A stretch of 63,945 nt of DNA, the filler included, from Reclinomonas americana ATCC 50394 (lineage: Eukaryota), in the NCBI GenBank assembly GCA_048213135.1. It is 9 parts of 5 records of this genome, joined end to end, with 100 filler letters (N's around TTAATTAATTAA, not from the genome) between each part and the next. Parts side by side here need not be neighbours in the genome. Positions count along the whole stretch, not along the records: positions 61,172 to 62,836 come from PS015207.1; positions 62,937 to 63,945 come from PS015230.1; 7 more parts are not named here. One strand, written 5' to 3'. The notes below the pieces were generated by a model. It was not told the DNA's origin and did not search any database. It was given only the letters and a program-made list of their open reading frames with translations. A program made the translations under genes and the position numbers. Shown one piece after another: positions 61,337 to 63,945 of the stretch (positions are counted from its first letter, which is position 1; each line of letters begins with the position of its first letter).

Positions 61337-61729
61337 GCCAGCCGTTTTCGTGACATCTCAGTTTGTTTGTTTTTCCTATGTGTTCCGACACCAACACCTC
61401 TTGCTATCTTCCTGCATTCCTTTTTGGAATTTGGCGTCAAATCCATGCTTGTCACGAGTCGTGGTTTCTCTTGCAGAAACGCCAGCATTAGCCATCTCGA
61501 CTTTTTCTCGGTTTTGATGTCTGAGTTTCTGGTGCTCACTCAAGATGATGATCATCATGCAGCTGTGTTGCTGTTTGGATAAGCAAAGTTGTTGTTGTTG
61601 TTGTTGCTGGTGCTCACTCGAGATGATTATCATGCTGTTGCTATAGCTGTTTTGATTGACAGAGTTGTGTATCGAAGTTTACACACCACCTGCTCCTCCA
61701 TCCATCCCTCACCCCCTTTCCCACCCCAT

Positions 61730-62760
61730 TCACCACCACAACGCAGGATCCGCGACACACCGACAAAGCACGACCTCGGCCTCCTCGACAACAAAGCAGC
61801 GCAACACAATCTGGACCAGGCAGCAGCTTGCACAATCATCATCCTCCTCCTCCTGCATCTCCTGCAACACGCGCAAGGCGAATCCGCACGGCGAGGACCA
61901 CACTCCAATCGTCCTCTCGCCAACACCGCCGACAATGTGCTGACCGTCGGGTGTGACCACGACAGCGTGCACCACACCGTCCACCTCCAACCGCCGAACC
62001 TCCTCACCACTCGCCGCATCCCACACTCGCGCAGTCTTGTCACGTCCCCCACTGACAAGGTGCCGCCCGTCGGGGGAAACCGCGACACACAACACCGAGT
62101 CCGTGTGGCCGCATCGCCGCCACCGCCGCCGACCGGCGACTCGTCAGGGACCACACGCGCACGGTCATGTTTTGACTCCCACTCACCGCGTACTTGCCGT
62201 CGGGAGTGACGGCGACGGATGTCACGGCAGCGGTGTGCCCCTCCATCCTCCGCACTTCTACGTGTGTCGCCAGAGACCACACACACACCGTCTTGTCCCA
62301 GCCGCCGCTCACCACATGCTGCCCGTCGGGAGTGACGGCGACACACAACACGCAACCGCTGTGCTTCTTCTGCGACCGCAGTGACCGTAGCTTGTCGCCA
62401 AGTGACCACGGCCACACGCACACAGTGGCGTCGTCACTCCCGCTCACAACGTGATGTCCGTTGGGGGTGACAGCAACGCAACACACCGCCTCTCGGTGTG
62501 CCTTCAGCGGTCGCACCACCTGTGCTCCACTTGCCAGTGACCACACGCACACCGTCTTGTCCCAGTGGCCGCTGACCACATGTCGTCCATCGGGAGTGAC
62601 AGCGACGCACTCCACTGCCGAGTCGCCCTCCAGCCGCTGCACTTGCTCGCCGCTCATCAGGTTCCACACGCGCACTGACCTGTCGCGACTGCCGCTGATA
62701 ATGTGGCGGCCGTCAGGAGTGATGGCGATGGATCGCACTTTGTCTTCGTGTCCGTGCAGG
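61730..62760 (-). CDS. WD40-repeat protein with highly similar TPDG-type repeats; frameshift near 62110-62140 (sequencing error or pseudogene)
   Basis: About seven repeats of GH..xVxxVAVTPDGxHVVSGxxDxTVxVW across ORFs 62040..62831 and 61730..62095. Confidence 0.8.
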
Positions 62761-62880
62761 GTGTGAAGGAAGAGGAGAGGAGAAGGGGGAAGAGAGGGGG
62801 AAGAGAGGGGGGTGGGAGGAGGGTGTGACATGCGTGNNNNNNNNNNNNNNNNNNNNNNNNNNNNNNNNNNNNNNNNNNNN

Positions 62881-62892
62881 TTAATTAATTAA
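62881..62892. other. Artificial spacer core TTAATTAATTAA
   Basis: Flanked by N runs. Confidence 0.98.
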
Positions 62893-62936
62893 NNNNNNNN
62901 NNNNNNNNNNNNNNNNNNNNNNNNNNNNNNNNNNNN

Positions 62937-62989
<53 letters not shown>

Positions 62990-63058
62990 AAGGAGAGAGA
63001 GAGAGAGAAGTCAACCCTTCTCGCCTCCGCTCAGGCACCAAATCGGAGACAACTCAAC

Positions 63059-63742
63059 TGCGACTGGATCACAGGCTGCAAATCGCTTCTGCGCAAAAAG
63101 GCCTCCGTGACTACATTCTGCGCATCGACCCACGCCTTGGTCTCCTCCGCGTCGGGATCCTGTCAAAAAAAAGCGCAAGCAGACATAAGAATGGGAGTTG
63201 GCGAGGAGATAGGAAGGAAGGACTGCGATGGAATAGGGTCAGCGGAAGAGAGACAGGGAGAGGAGGGTAGGTGGCAAGGAGGGTAAAGGAAAAGGATCAA
63301 GAGGCAGAGAGGAGTGGAGGAGAGGCTAATTCGGTAAGTGGACAAGTGACAACGATGAAGCATGCATGTGAGTGCATGTGTACGAAAGAGTGAGTGTGTG
63401 TGAGTGAGGACAAGGAAAAGGAAGATAAGAAGGACTAAGCAAGTCTGCAGAAGAGGAACTGGCAGAATGCACGTTGGTGAGCGAGTGAGGAAAGATGGCT
63501 TGGTGACAAGGGAAGAAGCAATGGCGACGAGAATGCAGTGATCAAGACACAGTGTTTGGGGAGTAGCATCGGTGGGGAGACTGATCACACAGTGCAACGG
63601 GTGTGTGAGCATTGAGTTGGTCCCACTCACTCTCTCTCTCTCCCCACACACAGACCTCCAACCAGCGATAGGGATCAGGAACGCGCACACCAAAGTACTC
63701 ATCGACAACCGAGTCGTCGCGGCGAGAGGCGGGGTATTCCAT
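63059..63742 (-). CDS. PREP: Prolyl oligopeptidase (peptidase S9A), N-terminal two exons
   Basis: [29 protein letters not shown] (63742-63656) splices to [15 protein letters not shown] (from 63159). This is the hallmark S9A N-terminus. Confidence 0.92.
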
Positions 63743-63945
63743 GGCGCACACAGGAGAAGAAGCAGGGCGATGATCATGATGATGATTTCGAAGAATCGAC
63801 GGACACTGCCACCGGTGATTGTCTGTGAGGCGTAGTAGTAGTCGTGTGTGGTTTATGCGGTGAAGGAGGTGCATGATGATGATGTCGTGCTCGTGTCATG
63901 CATGGAAAAGGGTGTGATGATGCGGGCAGCGATCGCGCGGGGTTT

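Overview
Eukaryotic draft-genome sequence, most likely a microbial eukaryote (GC-rich exons, dense spliceosomal introns, abundant microsatellites). It is built from pieces joined by eight artificial 100-nt spacers (44 N + TTAATTAATTAA + 44 N), and it also contains ordinary N gaps. The ORF track is mostly low-complexity noise, so I assembled genes by hand from exon frame and homology. About 16 genes, many partial: an EF-hand protein, a UAS plus tandem-UBX protein, a CUE plus tankyrase-type PARP, a USP7-like last exon, RRP8, an A/B-type cyclin, an NT5DC-family HAD nucleotidase, a divergent GT48 1,3-beta-glucan synthase, a COG2907-like FAD-binding protein, an EGF-like protein, a tandem Ubl-VIT-vWA protein, a WD40 protein, a prolyl oligopeptidase, and three unassigned coiled-coil or low-complexity proteins. 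The most striking signal is in splicing. Roughly a third of the introns I could reconstruct (about 36 of roughly 105, hand count) use a one-nucleotide-shifted 5' splice site, GTTGCGT (general form GTTNNGT), instead of the standard GTGCGT/GTGAGT (GTNNGT). These shifted donors almost never follow an exonic G. All gene models are inferred from sequence alone, without transcript evidence or database searches.
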